A stretch of 64,000 bases of DNA from Parcubacteria group bacterium (GCA_041659505.1 JBAZYF010000004.1:78922-142921); one strand, 5' to 3'. Shown: positions 54,548-64,000, counted from the first letter of the stretch. The notes: generated from the letters alone by a model not told the origin. Numbers and translations are program-made.

Positions 54548-56014
54548 TTAATTAAAATACAAAACAATCGAAGCCAGAATTAAGCCGGCCATAAAAACGA
54601 CTGAGAGCCAGCCGAAAAATTTCACCCAGAGCGGATGAGTTTCACGACCCATAATTTTTTTATCATCACCTACTACCATAATAACAATAAGCAAGGGAAA
54701 GGCAATCAGGCCATTGAGAAAAGCGGAATAGTAGAGTGCCATAATTGGATTGATGTGGAAAAAATTCAAAAGCAAACCCACCATAATTGAAATGGTGATC
54801 ACCGCATAAAAACCTTTGGCGCGAGAAAATTTCAACTCCAAGCCCTCATGCCATTTCATTAATTCGCAGAGTGCATAAGCGCCTGATCCGGCCAGGATCG
54901 GTACTGCCAAAAGTCCCGTTCCAATGATGCCAATAGCAAAAAGCAAATAAGCATAATTTCCCGCAAGCGGTCGCAAAGCTTGCGCCGCCTGTTCGGCTGA
55001 CGCAATATCAGTAACGCCATTGGCAAAAAATATTTGCGCCGCGGTAAGCACGATGAAAAAGAAAACAACATTGGCCAAGATCATTCCCGTCGCTACATCC
55101 GTCCGCATCCTCCCAATCCTCGTGTGCATATTTTCCTTCTTCTCACCTAAAAACTTGTGCAGTTTTTTGTGTAATTTGTTTTCCTCTACCTCTTCTGACG
55201 CTTGCCAGAAAAAAAGATAGGGCGTGATTGTTGTACCAAAAACCGCCACCATCGCAAAGACATATTCTTCACTGAATTTGATACTAGGGAGAAAGGTCCA
55301 ATGTAAGACTTTGAGCCAATCCGGATGAATGATAATTCCAGTGACGATATAGGCCAAAACAGAAATCGCCAGCCATTTCAAAAATTTCACATAATAATGG
55401 TAGCCAATAAAAATTTCCAGCCCGATAGAAAGCAGGGCAAAAAAAATCGCTCCAAGATAGAAATTGAAATGCGTGAGCATGGTGAGTGACGCCGCCATCG
55501 CTCCCAAATCCGCTCCGATATTGACCACGTTGGCAATGATGAGCAAAATTACCACTACAAAAACAACTTTTTTTCGGTAGTGCTCCTGAAGCACTCCGGC
55601 CAGCCCCCGATTAGTCACAATACCGATCCGCGCACAAACTTCTTGCACGGCGAGCATCACGGGCAAAAGCCAAGCGGCCATCCAAAGAATGGAAAAACCA
55701 AATTTCGCCCCGACGGAAGAGTAGGTCCCGATACCGCTAGGGTCATCGTCCGATGCGCCCGTGATTATTCCGGGACCAAGTGCGCGAAAAAAATACCGCG
55801 CTTTTTTCCAGGGAGTAGCCATCAATTCTTTGGCCACTGACACTTCGGAATGGGCGATTCGGAGTGTTCCATCGATTGTTTTCGATGCTTCAATCTCGCC
55901 CCACAAAATCAACTTGCGCGCCAAAACCAAAGGAATGCCCAATTCATGGCGAAACTCCGAAAGAGTGAAAAATTTTTTAGGCACTGTATTTTGATCTTTT
56001 TTTTCTTGTTTCAT
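54548..56014 (-). CDS. Nramp-related divalent metal transporter with an N-terminal HTH-like extension
   Basis: LGPGIITGASDDDPSGIGTYS, GTTITPYLFFWQ, multiple TM helices. Confidence 0.88.
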   Translation of the reverse strand: MKQEKKDQNTVPKKFFTLSEFRHELGIPLVLARKLILWGEIEASKTIDGTLRIAHSEVSVAKELMATPWKKARYFFRALGPGIITGASDDDPSGIGTYSSVGAKFGFSILWMAAWLLPVMLAVQEVCARIGIVTNRGLAGVLQEHYRKKVVFVVVILLIIANVVNIGADLGAMAASLTMLTHFNFYLGAIFFALLSIGLEIFIGYHYYVKFLKWLAISVLAYIVTGIIIHPDWLKVLHWTFLPSIKFSEEYVFAMVAVFGTTITPYLFFWQASEEVEENKLHKKLHKFLGEKKENMHTRIGRMRTDVATGMILANVVFFFIVLTAAQIFFANGVTDIASAEQAAQALRPLAGNYAYLLFAIGIIGTGLLAVPILAGSGAYALCELMKWHEGLELKFSRAKGFYAVITISIMVGLLLNFFHINPIMALYYSAFLNGLIAFPLLIVIMVVGDDKKIMGRETHPLWVKFFGWLSVVFMAGLILASIVLYFN

Positions 56015-56022
56015 AGGACTTC

Positions 56023-56676
56023 CTACTGCATTTTTTCTTTTTTAATTATCCGCACCACTGCTCCTAAATTTTTTACTGCATAATCACGCTCCTCGCAGGG
56101 CAAGTCGTGGTAACGCCCTTCTTTGCGAGAGAGGTGGAAGGTTGTTATCCGCTCCCTGGCTTTTCCTTTGATCTCAAATTGATCAGGATGATCGTCAATT
56201 AGGATTATGGCTTCTTTTTTTGAATATGCATATTTGCGATTTAATTCTAAAATCACATCAACTTTTTTTCTTTTGGTAATGAAAACCCGATTCACTAATC
56301 GGTCAATCCCCGCTCCTCTGATTTTAGCTTTTTGAAATTTTGGCTCGCCATAGCTAAGAATGAATAAATCTTTTTTGGGGAATTCTTGCAAGAAAGTTTT
56401 CACATCGGGAAGAAGATATGCGTTGAGCTTCTGCATGAATTTTTCCACATCTGCCTTCAATTTTTTGCCATCAATGCCTTTGCTTTTTTGCAAAGTCTTA
56501 ACTTGCATCTTGAAATCATAATGCCGGCCTTGTATTTGAGATTTATTGGAATATGTGTAATAGGAATCCTGAAACTCATCCTGATTTATCCCATAACGAC
56601 CGAAAATCGCAATAAAATCATGCTTGAATTTTTTGGTATTGAAAATCGCATCATCAAAATCAATAAATATTTTCAT
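56023..56676 (-). CDS. HAD-superfamily hydrolase-like protein
   Basis: FIDFDDAIFNT, LSYG...FQ..KI, LIDD. Confidence 0.75.
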   Translation of the reverse strand: MKIFIDFDDAIFNTKKFKHDFIAIFGRYGINQDEFQDSYYTYSNKSQIQGRHYDFKMQVKTLQKSKGIDGKKLKADVEKFMQKLNAYLLPDVKTFLQEFPKKDLFILSYGEPKFQKAKIRGAGIDRLVNRVFITKRKKVDVILELNRKYAYSKKEAIILIDDHPDQFEIKGKARERITTFHLSRKEGRYHDLPCEERDYAVKNLGAVVRIIKKEKMQ

Positions 56677-56687
56677 CTGGGCTAGCT

Positions 56688-57719
56688 TTAAACTATCTCA
56701 TTAATAATCCCCTCATATTTACCCAGCTCCAAAATCACCATGAGAACGCGTGCCAGTTTTTCGCTATCATGGCGGATAAATGCTCGCGTGGCGGCAATTG
56801 AATCTGCCTTGCTATAGATAGATCTCTTGTCGCTCAGTAAATCAGTTTTGATTATGCGGTAAGTTCTTTTTTGATCTTTATTTTCTCCAAGTTCAACCAG
56901 CATGCTTTCCTCTTCATATTTCTTAATTAAGTTTCTGCCCGGATTTTTTGTATTAAATGTTGCGAAATCAATCCGCTCTTTTCCGATCTGCTTATTGATC
57001 AGCTCAACATAATCGTCCAAAGTAAAATTATCCGTTTGACCCTTCCGATTTACTAAATTGCAATTAAACACAACGGTGGCTTTGGTTTTTCTGAGCGCGT
57101 CAGAAATTCCCTGCACCAAAAAATTTGGCATGATACTCCCATAATAATCTCCCGGACCGATTATCACCAAATCCGCTTCCAAAATTTTTTGGATGGCTTT
57201 TTTGTTTGCTCGCACCCTCGGACTAAGATAGCTTTTCTCAACCCCCGTTTTTTTAATTTCAAAATTATGCCTCACTTCATCCTCGCCCTTGATCAGTTTT
57301 CCATTCTTAAGCTCCATGAAAAGATTCACTTCCGTGTCAGCCACCGGGATAACTTCACCCTTAATGTTAAGTATTTTAGCCGCTTCTTCTACCCCGACCG
57401 AAAAATTACCTGTAATTTTTTCCAAAGCGCTGAGAAGCAAATTGCCAAAATTATGCCCCTTGAGTCCGCCTTCTTCAAAACGATAAGTCATCAGATCTCG
57501 CATGATATCCGATGAATTGCTAAGCGCAACGAGACATTGACGCACATCTCCCGGTGGAAGAACGCCCAATTCATCTCGCAGAATTCCAGTTGATCCACCA
57601 TCATCCGCCATTGACACAATTGCCGAAAGGCTGACTGGATAGTCCTTGAGTCCAGAGAGAAGCATAAAACTGCCAGTGCCACCGCCAATCGTCACTACTT
57701 TTTTAATTCTATCAATCAT
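56688..57719 (-). CDS. YvcK/GlmR (CofD-like, UPF0052) family protein
   Basis: IGGGTG, ADDGGSTG.LR, PPGDVRQCL, GHNFGNL, IRHDS. Confidence 0.93.
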   Translation of the reverse strand: MIDRIKKVVTIGGGTGSFMLLSGLKDYPVSLSAIVSMADDGGSTGILRDELGVLPPGDVRQCLVALSNSSDIMRDLMTYRFEEGGLKGHNFGNLLLSALEKITGNFSVGVEEAAKILNIKGEVIPVADTEVNLFMELKNGKLIKGEDEVRHNFEIKKTGVEKSYLSPRVRANKKAIQKILEADLVIIGPGDYYGSIMPNFLVQGISDALRKTKATVVFNCNLVNRKGQTDNFTLDDYVELINKQIGKERIDFATFNTKNPGRNLIKKYEEESMLVELGENKDQKRTYRIIKTDLLSDKRSIYSKADSIAATRAFIRHDSEKLARVLMVILELGKYEGIINEIV

Positions 57720-57741
57720 ATCTTTGAATTAATCTAATCAT

Positions 57742-58452
57742 CTATCCCCCCAATGCCCATCCGAAAACCTTGCGTACGGCGTTGCTCAGGACATCAATAA
57801 GTGAAACATTCGGCGCGCCGGTATAAAAAACAAATTGTTCCGAGCTAATTTTGCTTCCAGAAACATCCGTCGACCGCAGAGAATATTTATAGACCGAGTC
57901 GGCGTCCAGTCCGGCAATTACCCAGGAATGCTGTGTGCCATATGACTGCTCCTTGATTGTTTTCGCATCTGTGGTTCCGCTTTTGAAATACTCCAATTCC
58001 GCTTTTGCCCGCTTCGTCGTGGAGCAATTGATCAAGCCCTTAATTTCAGTCTTATCGCCCTCCTTTATGGAATATAGCTCACTTTTAATGTCTCCAATTT
58101 TGAGCAAAGTATTTTCATCAAAATCCACCAGACCAAAACCGGCGCCATCATCCAAAGCCAGTTGTGTCGCTTTGAAATTTTCACTAGAAAAAACCGCCCC
58201 GCTTCCAACTATTGCCTGATTGTTATTTTCATCTGTTATACCAAGAACGGTGGCTTGCTCCTGTGAAATACTCCGCACGTTAGAATTTTTCGCTTCTGCC
58301 TGGGTATCATAATAGTTTTTTCCCAAAAAAACCACGCCTAAAATTACCAGCGCTAAAAATATTTTAGACTTTTTGAATTTGGCCTTTTGAGGAGTCTTTG
58401 GTTTTTCAGGAAAATCCCCCTTCGGTCGGATTTTCCTTTGCAATGATTGCAT
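57742..58452 (-). CDS. Membrane-anchored hypothetical protein with a possible C-terminal FN3-like domain
   Basis: N-terminal TM; HSWVIAGLDADSVYKYSLRSTD.SG pattern. Confidence 0.6.
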   Translation of the reverse strand: MQSLQRKIRPKGDFPEKPKTPQKAKFKKSKIFLALVILGVVFLGKNYYDTQAEAKNSNVRSISQEQATVLGITDENNNQAIVGSGAVFSSENFKATQLALDDGAGFGLVDFDENTLLKIGDIKSELYSIKEGDKTEIKGLINCSTTKRAKAELEYFKSGTTDAKTIKEQSYGTQHSWVIAGLDADSVYKYSLRSTDVSGSKISSEQFVFYTGAPNVSLIDVLSNAVRKVFGWALGG

Positions 58453-58471
58453 ACATTAAACTGACTACAAA

Positions 58472-59647
58472 TTATTTATACCGCAAGGCTTCCAATGGAT
58501 CAGTCGCGCTGGCGCGTCGCGCTGGGATCACTCCAGTTGTGAAACCCACCAGCGTTGCCACTGCTAGGATGAAGAGCAGAAACCAACCGGGAAAATACAG
58601 AAGCGATGTCGCATATCCGCCAAACCGTTGCGCCAAAAAATTAACTAAAAAATTGAAAAGTTGCCCGCCAATAAAACCGATGATAAGCCCCGAAAGACCG
58701 CCCAAAAAACCCATGATGGTCGATTCAAAAACGAACATCCATAAAATATCATAATTGGAAGCGCCGATTGATTTCATGATGCCAATTTCCTCTGTCCGCT
58801 CCAAGAGCGAAACAGTCATCGTATTGAACATTCCGATGGCGCTGACCATCAGCGCAATCGCACCAAAGAATCCCAAAATCACGCGAATTACTCCAAAAGC
58901 TTTATCCACTTGATTAATCAGATCAGTCAGCGCGGAAACAATAAAGCCATTATTGGTCAATTTTTCCCGGATGCCGGGCAAGATTGAACTGGAATTACAC
59001 TTAACTTTGAGCCGGCTAAATTGCAAATTGGAGACAACTCTATCTACCGCTTTGTTATTCATATAAACCAAAATGTCTTTTTTGTCCGTAAAACCGACAA
59101 TCTTCGTTTTCAGTTCAAATTTTTGTCCCTTTTTTTCCCCAATTTCCGGCAAATAGAGTGTTAACTCTCCGCCCAACATCTCTTGCGGTTCTTTTTCGAA
59201 AATCTTTGCCAGCGAACTGGAAATAACCGTACCATTCACTTCATCATCATTGATATCATCCCCCTCGGCAATCTTAACACCGTCCAGCCGGTTAAAGTCT
59301 GGATCGACTGCTAGAATTTTCGAATCAGAAACCAGATTATCAAATTTCATCTGTCCCATTGTTTCGTAAACCGGACTAACCCTTTCGACCCCCTCTTGGT
59401 TGGCAATTGTCTCAACATCCGCCGGACTGATCGACTTATTCTCCCCGCCCGGATAAACATCCAGCGTTAAAAGAGAATCGGCCGTGGTGATTGTTTCCAG
59501 GAGAGTTTTCTGGATTCCATAGCCCAACCCGACCAGAAAAAGAATCGCCCCGATTCCGACGCCCATGCCCAAAACAGTGAGAAGTGTCCGTGACGTTCTC
59601 GCCTTAAACATCCGAGTAGAAAGTTTTAACAGATCAAATATGTTCAT
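58472..59647 (-). CDS. MacB/FtsX-family ABC permease
   Basis: RTLLTVLGMGVG, GMFNTM..LLERTEEIGIMKSIGA, PARRAS..DPLEALR. Confidence 0.92.
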   Translation of the reverse strand: MNIFDLLKLSTRMFKARTSRTLLTVLGMGVGIGAILFLVGLGYGIQKTLLETITTADSLLTLDVYPGGENKSISPADVETIANQEGVERVSPVYETMGQMKFDNLVSDSKILAVDPDFNRLDGVKIAEGDDINDDEVNGTVISSSLAKIFEKEPQEMLGGELTLYLPEIGEKKGQKFELKTKIVGFTDKKDILVYMNNKAVDRVVSNLQFSRLKVKCNSSSILPGIREKLTNNGFIVSALTDLINQVDKAFGVIRVILGFFGAIALMVSAIGMFNTMTVSLLERTEEIGIMKSIGASNYDILWMFVFESTIMGFLGGLSGLIIGFIGGQLFNFLVNFLAQRFGGYATSLLYFPGWFLLFILAVATLVGFTTGVIPARRASATDPLEALRYK

Positions 59648-59661
59648 AAATTTATCTCACG

Positions 59662-61005
59662 TTAACCAGAGTAACGTAAAAGCAAAAGTAACTCCACTTC
59701 TTTGGCGATTTTTGTCGCTGTCCTTTTATCAAAATCAAGCCCCTCATGCTTTGCGGAGATATCCATTATTTTTTCAAACTCTTCTTTGCCGATTCGATTT
59801 TCCAGTCGATCTATGAGCGCCCCGACTAGTAGGCTATTTCTAGCCTCGTCTAAATTTAACTTTAATTTAAAATTGAGATACTCCGCCAACTCCTGCGCCG
59901 TCTTATTTTTTTCTGTGAAACTGATTTTTGACGCCTGCATGACCATTTGCTGAATTTCGGCGGAAAATCGTTCTGCGATACGCTTATCCCAGCCCGCGCC
60001 GCCCTGTTCAACTGGCATATCCAAATCTTTCAGGAAACTTTCAAAATTTATTTTGGAATAAAGAAAATCTTCCAATTTTTTGATGGCTTTTTCGATCTGA
60101 TCATTAGTCATGGAAAAAAACAGATGGGAGAAAATCTGTTGCGCCTTGAATGGCACTAAGAGATTTCCTACCTGGCTGCCCGTAAGACCGCGAAATGACC
60201 GCATCAGATGGCGCAGATCAAGTGGAATATATTCCTCCTTGAAGAAATCGTCCCGCACTTTTCCATCCTTGAAAACAAAACTTTCCGCCGGTGCAATTTT
60301 TTGCTTTTTGACCAGCTCGATTTTGATTATCTTGCCATCGCGCATATGCACGATTTTGTCACCAAAGACCAAGTGAGCTGGATCATGCGTCACTAAAATG
60401 ACGGTCTTTTTGTCAATCTCATTTAAGTCTTTAAGGATCGACATCACAATGTGGGAAGATTTGGAATCAAGATTTCCTACCGGCTCATCCGCCAGGATTA
60501 TTTCCGGATCATTGACCAGTGCGCGCGCGATAGAAACACGTTGCTTTTGACCACCGGAAAGTTCCGAAGGGAATTTATCCGCCTGATTAGAAATATTAAA
60601 CCGCTCCAGAAGTTCCAACGCTTTGATTTTTCGTTCGGACATCTTTACGCCATCGAAGGTTTTGGGCAGACAAACATTGTCCAGGATAGTCAACGATCCA
60701 ATCAGATAGAAAGCTTGAAAAACCATCCCCATTTTCCGGCGATGAAACCAAGCCATCTGTTTTTTGGAATAAGCGCTGATGTCTTCTCCATCAATCATCA
60801 CCGCGCCACTGGTCGGTTTTTGTAAGCCGGAAATCGTGTAGAGCAGGGTTGATTTTCCACAACCAGAAGGGCCGAAAATGATTACAAACTCCTCGGGAAA
60901 AATTTCCAAGCTGACTTCTTCCAATGAACGCATCTCATTGAGCTTGCCCTGATTGTAGATCACATTGACTTCCTTGACTGTAATATTGGGTACTTCGTTT
61001 GGCAT
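59662..61005 (-). CDS. ABC ATP-binding protein with a long C-terminal extension
   Basis: GPSGCGKST, LSGGQKQR, ADEPVGNLD, VTHD, then ~200 extra aa. Confidence 0.9.
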   Translation of the reverse strand: MPNEVPNITVKEVNVIYNQGKLNEMRSLEEVSLEIFPEEFVIIFGPSGCGKSTLLYTISGLQKPTSGAVMIDGEDISAYSKKQMAWFHRRKMGMVFQAFYLIGSLTILDNVCLPKTFDGVKMSERKIKALELLERFNISNQADKFPSELSGGQKQRVSIARALVNDPEIILADEPVGNLDSKSSHIVMSILKDLNEIDKKTVILVTHDPAHLVFGDKIVHMRDGKIIKIELVKKQKIAPAESFVFKDGKVRDDFFKEEYIPLDLRHLMRSFRGLTGSQVGNLLVPFKAQQIFSHLFFSMTNDQIEKAIKKLEDFLYSKINFESFLKDLDMPVEQGGAGWDKRIAERFSAEIQQMVMQASKISFTEKNKTAQELAEYLNFKLKLNLDEARNSLLVGALIDRLENRIGKEEFEKIMDISAKHEGLDFDKRTATKIAKEVELLLLLRYSG

Positions 61006-61137
61006 TCTAGTTTATCTTTAACTAATTGCATATCCAATATTATACCACGCAACGGAAGCAAAACAAAATTATTTCTTTACGACTTACGCGTTTACCAAAA
61101 AATAAGCTTGCTGTTAGCAAACACATAAGTCTTCTTA

Positions 61138-61824
61138 CTAGATAAACTTATGCAAAACTTTTTCCGCCGCTTTAAGATCATCCGGACTGCCGATAGCATG
61201 CCAGGCCGTCGCTTTTTCCACTTTAACATCGTAATCGCGAGCCATCACGGCCAGCGTTTGGGGCAAACCAAATTCGATATCTCCGGCCTTTTTAGGAATC
61301 AAATCATAATCAAAAAATTTTTTATTCAAAACATACGCACCGGCATTTGCAAGCTTGTCCTTTGATCGCAACGGGTTTTCAATCACATCAATCATACGCC
61401 CATTTTTATTGGTTTTAATAATCCCGCACTTGCTCACATCCTCAACCTCATAACCCAGAATCGCTAGGTCATGCCTCAGCATCCGCTTCAAATCTTTTTT
61501 ATGATAGAGATCATCGCCCATAATAACCAAAAATTTGTCTTTAAGAACGCTCCGCGCCAAATGCAACGCTCCACCCGTGCCATTCATTTTGTCTTGATAG
61601 ACATAGATAATTCGCCGTCCGGCAAAATACCTTTTAAAATGCCGAATGATATAGTCACCGGCATAGCCGATAATAAAAACAATCTCCTTAATTTCTTTTG
61701 GGAGCATATTAATCTTGTGCTCCAAGATCGGCTTGCCTTTCAATTTGAGCATCGGCTTGGGAATTTCATCGGTCAGCTTTTTCATCCGTTTTCCCCGTCC
61801 GGCCGCTAGGATTACTGCTTGCAT
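61138..61824 (-). CDS. Sugar-phosphate nucleotidyltransferase (NTP_transferase family)
   Basis: AVILAAGRGKRM..LT...PKPML, GTGGA, GDD. Confidence 0.9.
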   Translation of the reverse strand: MQAVILAAGRGKRMKKLTDEIPKPMLKLKGKPILEHKINMLPKEIKEIVFIIGYAGDYIIRHFKRYFAGRRIIYVYQDKMNGTGGALHLARSVLKDKFLVIMGDDLYHKKDLKRMLRHDLAILGYEVEDVSKCGIIKTNKNGRMIDVIENPLRSKDKLANAGAYVLNKKFFDYDLIPKKAGDIEFGLPQTLAVMARDYDVKVEKATAWHAIGSPDDLKAAEKVLHKFI

Positions 61825-61897
61825 AGATAAATTGTTTAACCAATTAAATCCTGTAATAAATCCACTGTCCTTCTGATAAGATACAACCTGAAAAAAT

Positions 61898-62065
61898 TGT
61901 CATTCCCGCGAAGGCGGGAATCCAGGTTCCTCTGGCTATGAACTCTAGAAAATCGAGCCACAAGTCTGGCAAGTTCTATATTTCAGTTAGTCTTGAATTT
62001 TAATAATTCGTTTTTCTTTATTTTTCACCTGGGGTGCCTGGATCCCCGCCTTCGCGGGGATGACA
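61898..62065 (+). repeat. Family A element, copy 4
   Basis: Same ends as the other copies; immediately downstream of leuS. Confidence 0.9.
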
Positions 62066-62072
62066 AGGAAAA

Positions 62073-64000
62073 CTAAATTACAACATTAATCAGTCTCCCT
62101 TTCACAAAAATAATCTTTTTAATTTCTTTGCCTGCTGTATGATTCTTGGTTTTTTCACTTCCCAGCGCCAACTTGGTCGCTTCTTCTTCGGAAATGTCCG
62201 CACTAACTTTCACCGTGTCACGCACTTTTCCATTGACTTGGATCACTAGTTCAATTTCTTCATCCTGGATCAAGTTCAAATCATACTCCGGCCAACTCTC
62301 TTGGAAAATTGATTCGTCATGACCGAGCTTTGACCAAAGTTCTTCAGTTAAGTGTGGAGCAAATGGACTCAGAATCAATAAAAATAATTCAAAATTTTGC
62401 ACGGACAATTCCGTTTCTTTTTCCAAGGCATTAGCTAAAATCATCAACTGGCTAATCGCCGTATTAAACTTCATACTTTCAATATCTTCCGAAACTTTTT
62501 TAATCGTCTTGCTCAATAAAATAGTCGTTTTAGTAGTTTGGCTTTTGAAATTTGGATTTGATTTGACATTGGAAATTAGGATTTTGGAATTTAACTTATA
62601 AGTTTTCTCTAGAAACCGATACACTCCCACAATTCCTTTTGTCTGCCACGGCTTCATATCCTCGAGCGGTCCCATGAACATCTCAAACATCCGCAAAGCG
62701 TCTGCGCCAAATTGCGCGGTAACGTCATCCGGATTGACCACATTACCTTTTGATTTGGACATCTTCGTTCCATCTTCCGCCAAAATCGTGCCTTGGTGCC
62801 GGAGCTTCAAAAACGGCTCATCAAATTCGAGATAACCCAAATTATGCAAAACTTTCGTGAAAAATCTCGCATAAAGCAGATGCAACACAGAATGCTCCGC
62901 TCCACCGACATAAAGATCGACCGGCAACCATTTTTTGAGCAGTTCTTTTGAAGCAAACTCCTTTTCATTTTTCGGATCAGCATAGCGCAAGTAGTACCAA
63001 GACGAACAAACAAAAGTGTCCATCGTGTCGGATTCCCTTCGCGCAACGCTACCGCATTTCGGACAAACGACATCCTGAAATGTTTTGGAATATTTGAGTG
63101 GCGATTCGCCAGTCGGCTTAAAATCAACATCAGTTGGAAGCTCTACAGGCAGATCCGCCTCTGAGACTGGAACTTCACCACATTTTTCACAATAAATAAT
63201 TGGGATCGGCGCGCCCCAATAGCGCTGCCGCGAAACTAACCAATCGCGTAACTTGTAATTTACTTTAAATCTTGCATCTCCTTTTTTCGCCAACCATTCA
63301 GTAATTTTTATTCTTGCTTCCTTGGAAGACAATCCTTCAAATTGAGCAGAATTTACTAACTCCCCTTCACCTTCAAAGCAAATTTCCAGATTTTGCACTT
63401 TTTCCCAAAGCTCATTATTTTTTGGCCTGATAGAAACGCGTAGCGGAATATTGTATTTTTTTGCCAACTCAAAATCTCGCGAGTCATGCGCGTCAGCAAA
63501 AACCGCTCCGGTTCCATAATTCACCAAAACAAAATCAGAAATCCAAACCGGTATTTGATTTCCGGTCGCTGGATTGATCACATACGCTCCCGTAAAAGCA
63601 CCGGTTTTTTCTTTTCGCAATTCCAAACGTTCTATATCAGTTTTTTTTGCCGTTTCAAGCAAATAATCTTCTATTTCTTTTTTGTGATCTTCGGTTGTTA
63701 TCACAGAAACCAAAGGATGTTCCGGAGCTAAAAGAAGATAGGTTCCGGAAAAAAGCGTATCGATGCGGGTTGTGTAGACAGTTATTTTCTCCGAACTATT
63801 TTCAATCGCAAAATCAACTTCGGAACCAAAGGACTTCCCGATCCAATTCTTTTGCAGAAGCTTGGTTGATTCTGGCCAATCCACTTTTTCTAATCCTGAA
63901 AGAAGCCCGATAGTATCGCTCTTGTCCTCGATAAAGTCAGTAATTTTGAAAAACCATTGTTCCAGATCTTTTTGCACAACCGCACTTCCACAGCGCTCGC
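62073..64000 (-). CDS. leuS: Leucine--tRNA ligase (5' part outside the window)
   Basis: QKNWIG.S, YTTR.DT editing domain, RDWLVSRQRYWG, DTMDTF, GG.EH, KMSKS, QVNGKVR. Confidence 0.98.
   Translation of the reverse strand, partial: ERCGSAVVQKDLEQWFFKITDFIEDKSDTIGLLSGLEKVDWPESTKLLQKNWIGKSFGSEVDFAIENSSEKITVYTTRIDTLFSGTYLLLAPEHPLVSVITTEDHKKEIEDYLLETAKKTDIERLELRKEKTGAFTGAYVINPATGNQIPVWISDFVLVNYGTGAVFADAHDSRDFELAKKYNIPLRVSIRPKNNELWEKVQNLEICFEGEGELVNSAQFEGLSSKEARIKITEWLAKKGDARFKVNYKLRDWLVSRQRYWGAPIPIIYCEKCGEVPVSEADLPVELPTDVDFKPTGESPLKYSKTFQDVVCPKCGSVARRESDTMDTFVCSSWYYLRYADPKNEKEFASKELLKKWLPVDLYVGGAEHSVLHLLYARFFTKVLHNLGYLEFDEPFLKLRHQGTILAEDGTKMSKSKGNVVNPDDVTAQFGADALRMFEMFMGPLEDMKPWQTKGIVGVYRFLEKTYKLNSKILISNVKSNPNFKSQTTKTTILLSKTIKKVSEDIESMKFNTAISQLMILANALEKETELSVQNFELFLLILSPFAPHLTEELWSKLGHDESIFQESWPEYDLNLIQDEEIELVIQVNGKVRDTVKVSADISEEEATKLALGSEKTKNHTAGKEIKKIIFVKGRLINVVI

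Noticed and set aside
2601-62065. Repeats with variable inner sequence as a CRISPR array
   Set aside because: Copies are dispersed, inverted-ended and have mutually homologous cores; there is no tandem repeat-spacer array and no cas gene.
1-64000. Alternative genetic code (TGA=Gly, code 25)
   Set aside because: Conserved genes are full-length under code 11 and several end at TGA.

Overview
Bacterial chromosome segment read in genetic code 11 (TGA is used as stop). Almost all genes lie on the minus strand. Gene content and repeat style suggest a Patescibacteria/CPR (Parcubacteria, Moranbacteria-like) organism; this is inference. The housekeeping backbone includes khpA, a pseudouridine synthase, ispH, tRNA-Gln(CTG), ftsA/ftsZ, ybeY, rlmN, a four-subunit pyruvate:ferredoxin oxidoreductase, recJ, an ADP-forming acetate-CoA ligase, gpmI/eno/pgk, glyA, two MacAB/FtsX-type ABC systems and a 5'-truncated leuS. 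Three things stand out. (1) A ~17 kb surface-protein locus (31951-48828) holds a cohesin/Ig-repeat scaffold, an FN3-dockerin protein whose FN3 lacks its first beta-strand, and six tandem secreted beta-helix proteins. All six end exactly in a D-x3-P-x2-P-x-G-[LF]-x-V-x tail that looks like the missing strand. An AbrB-like gene with a duplicated palindromic operator heads the array. This is a candidate cellulosome-like, donor-strand-assembled display system. (2) An Elp3 gene sits head-to-head with a Trm9/ALKBH8-like methyltransferase, a candidate eukaryote/archaea-type mcm5U34 tRNA pathway. (3) At least eight families of short palindromic or reiterated repeats are present; several are inserted in-frame in conserved genes (an identical 36-nt hairpin in rlmN and gpmI), nested in each other, or share an AGTA-loop hairpin. 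All calls are by eye from the sequence and ORF translations; no searches were run.
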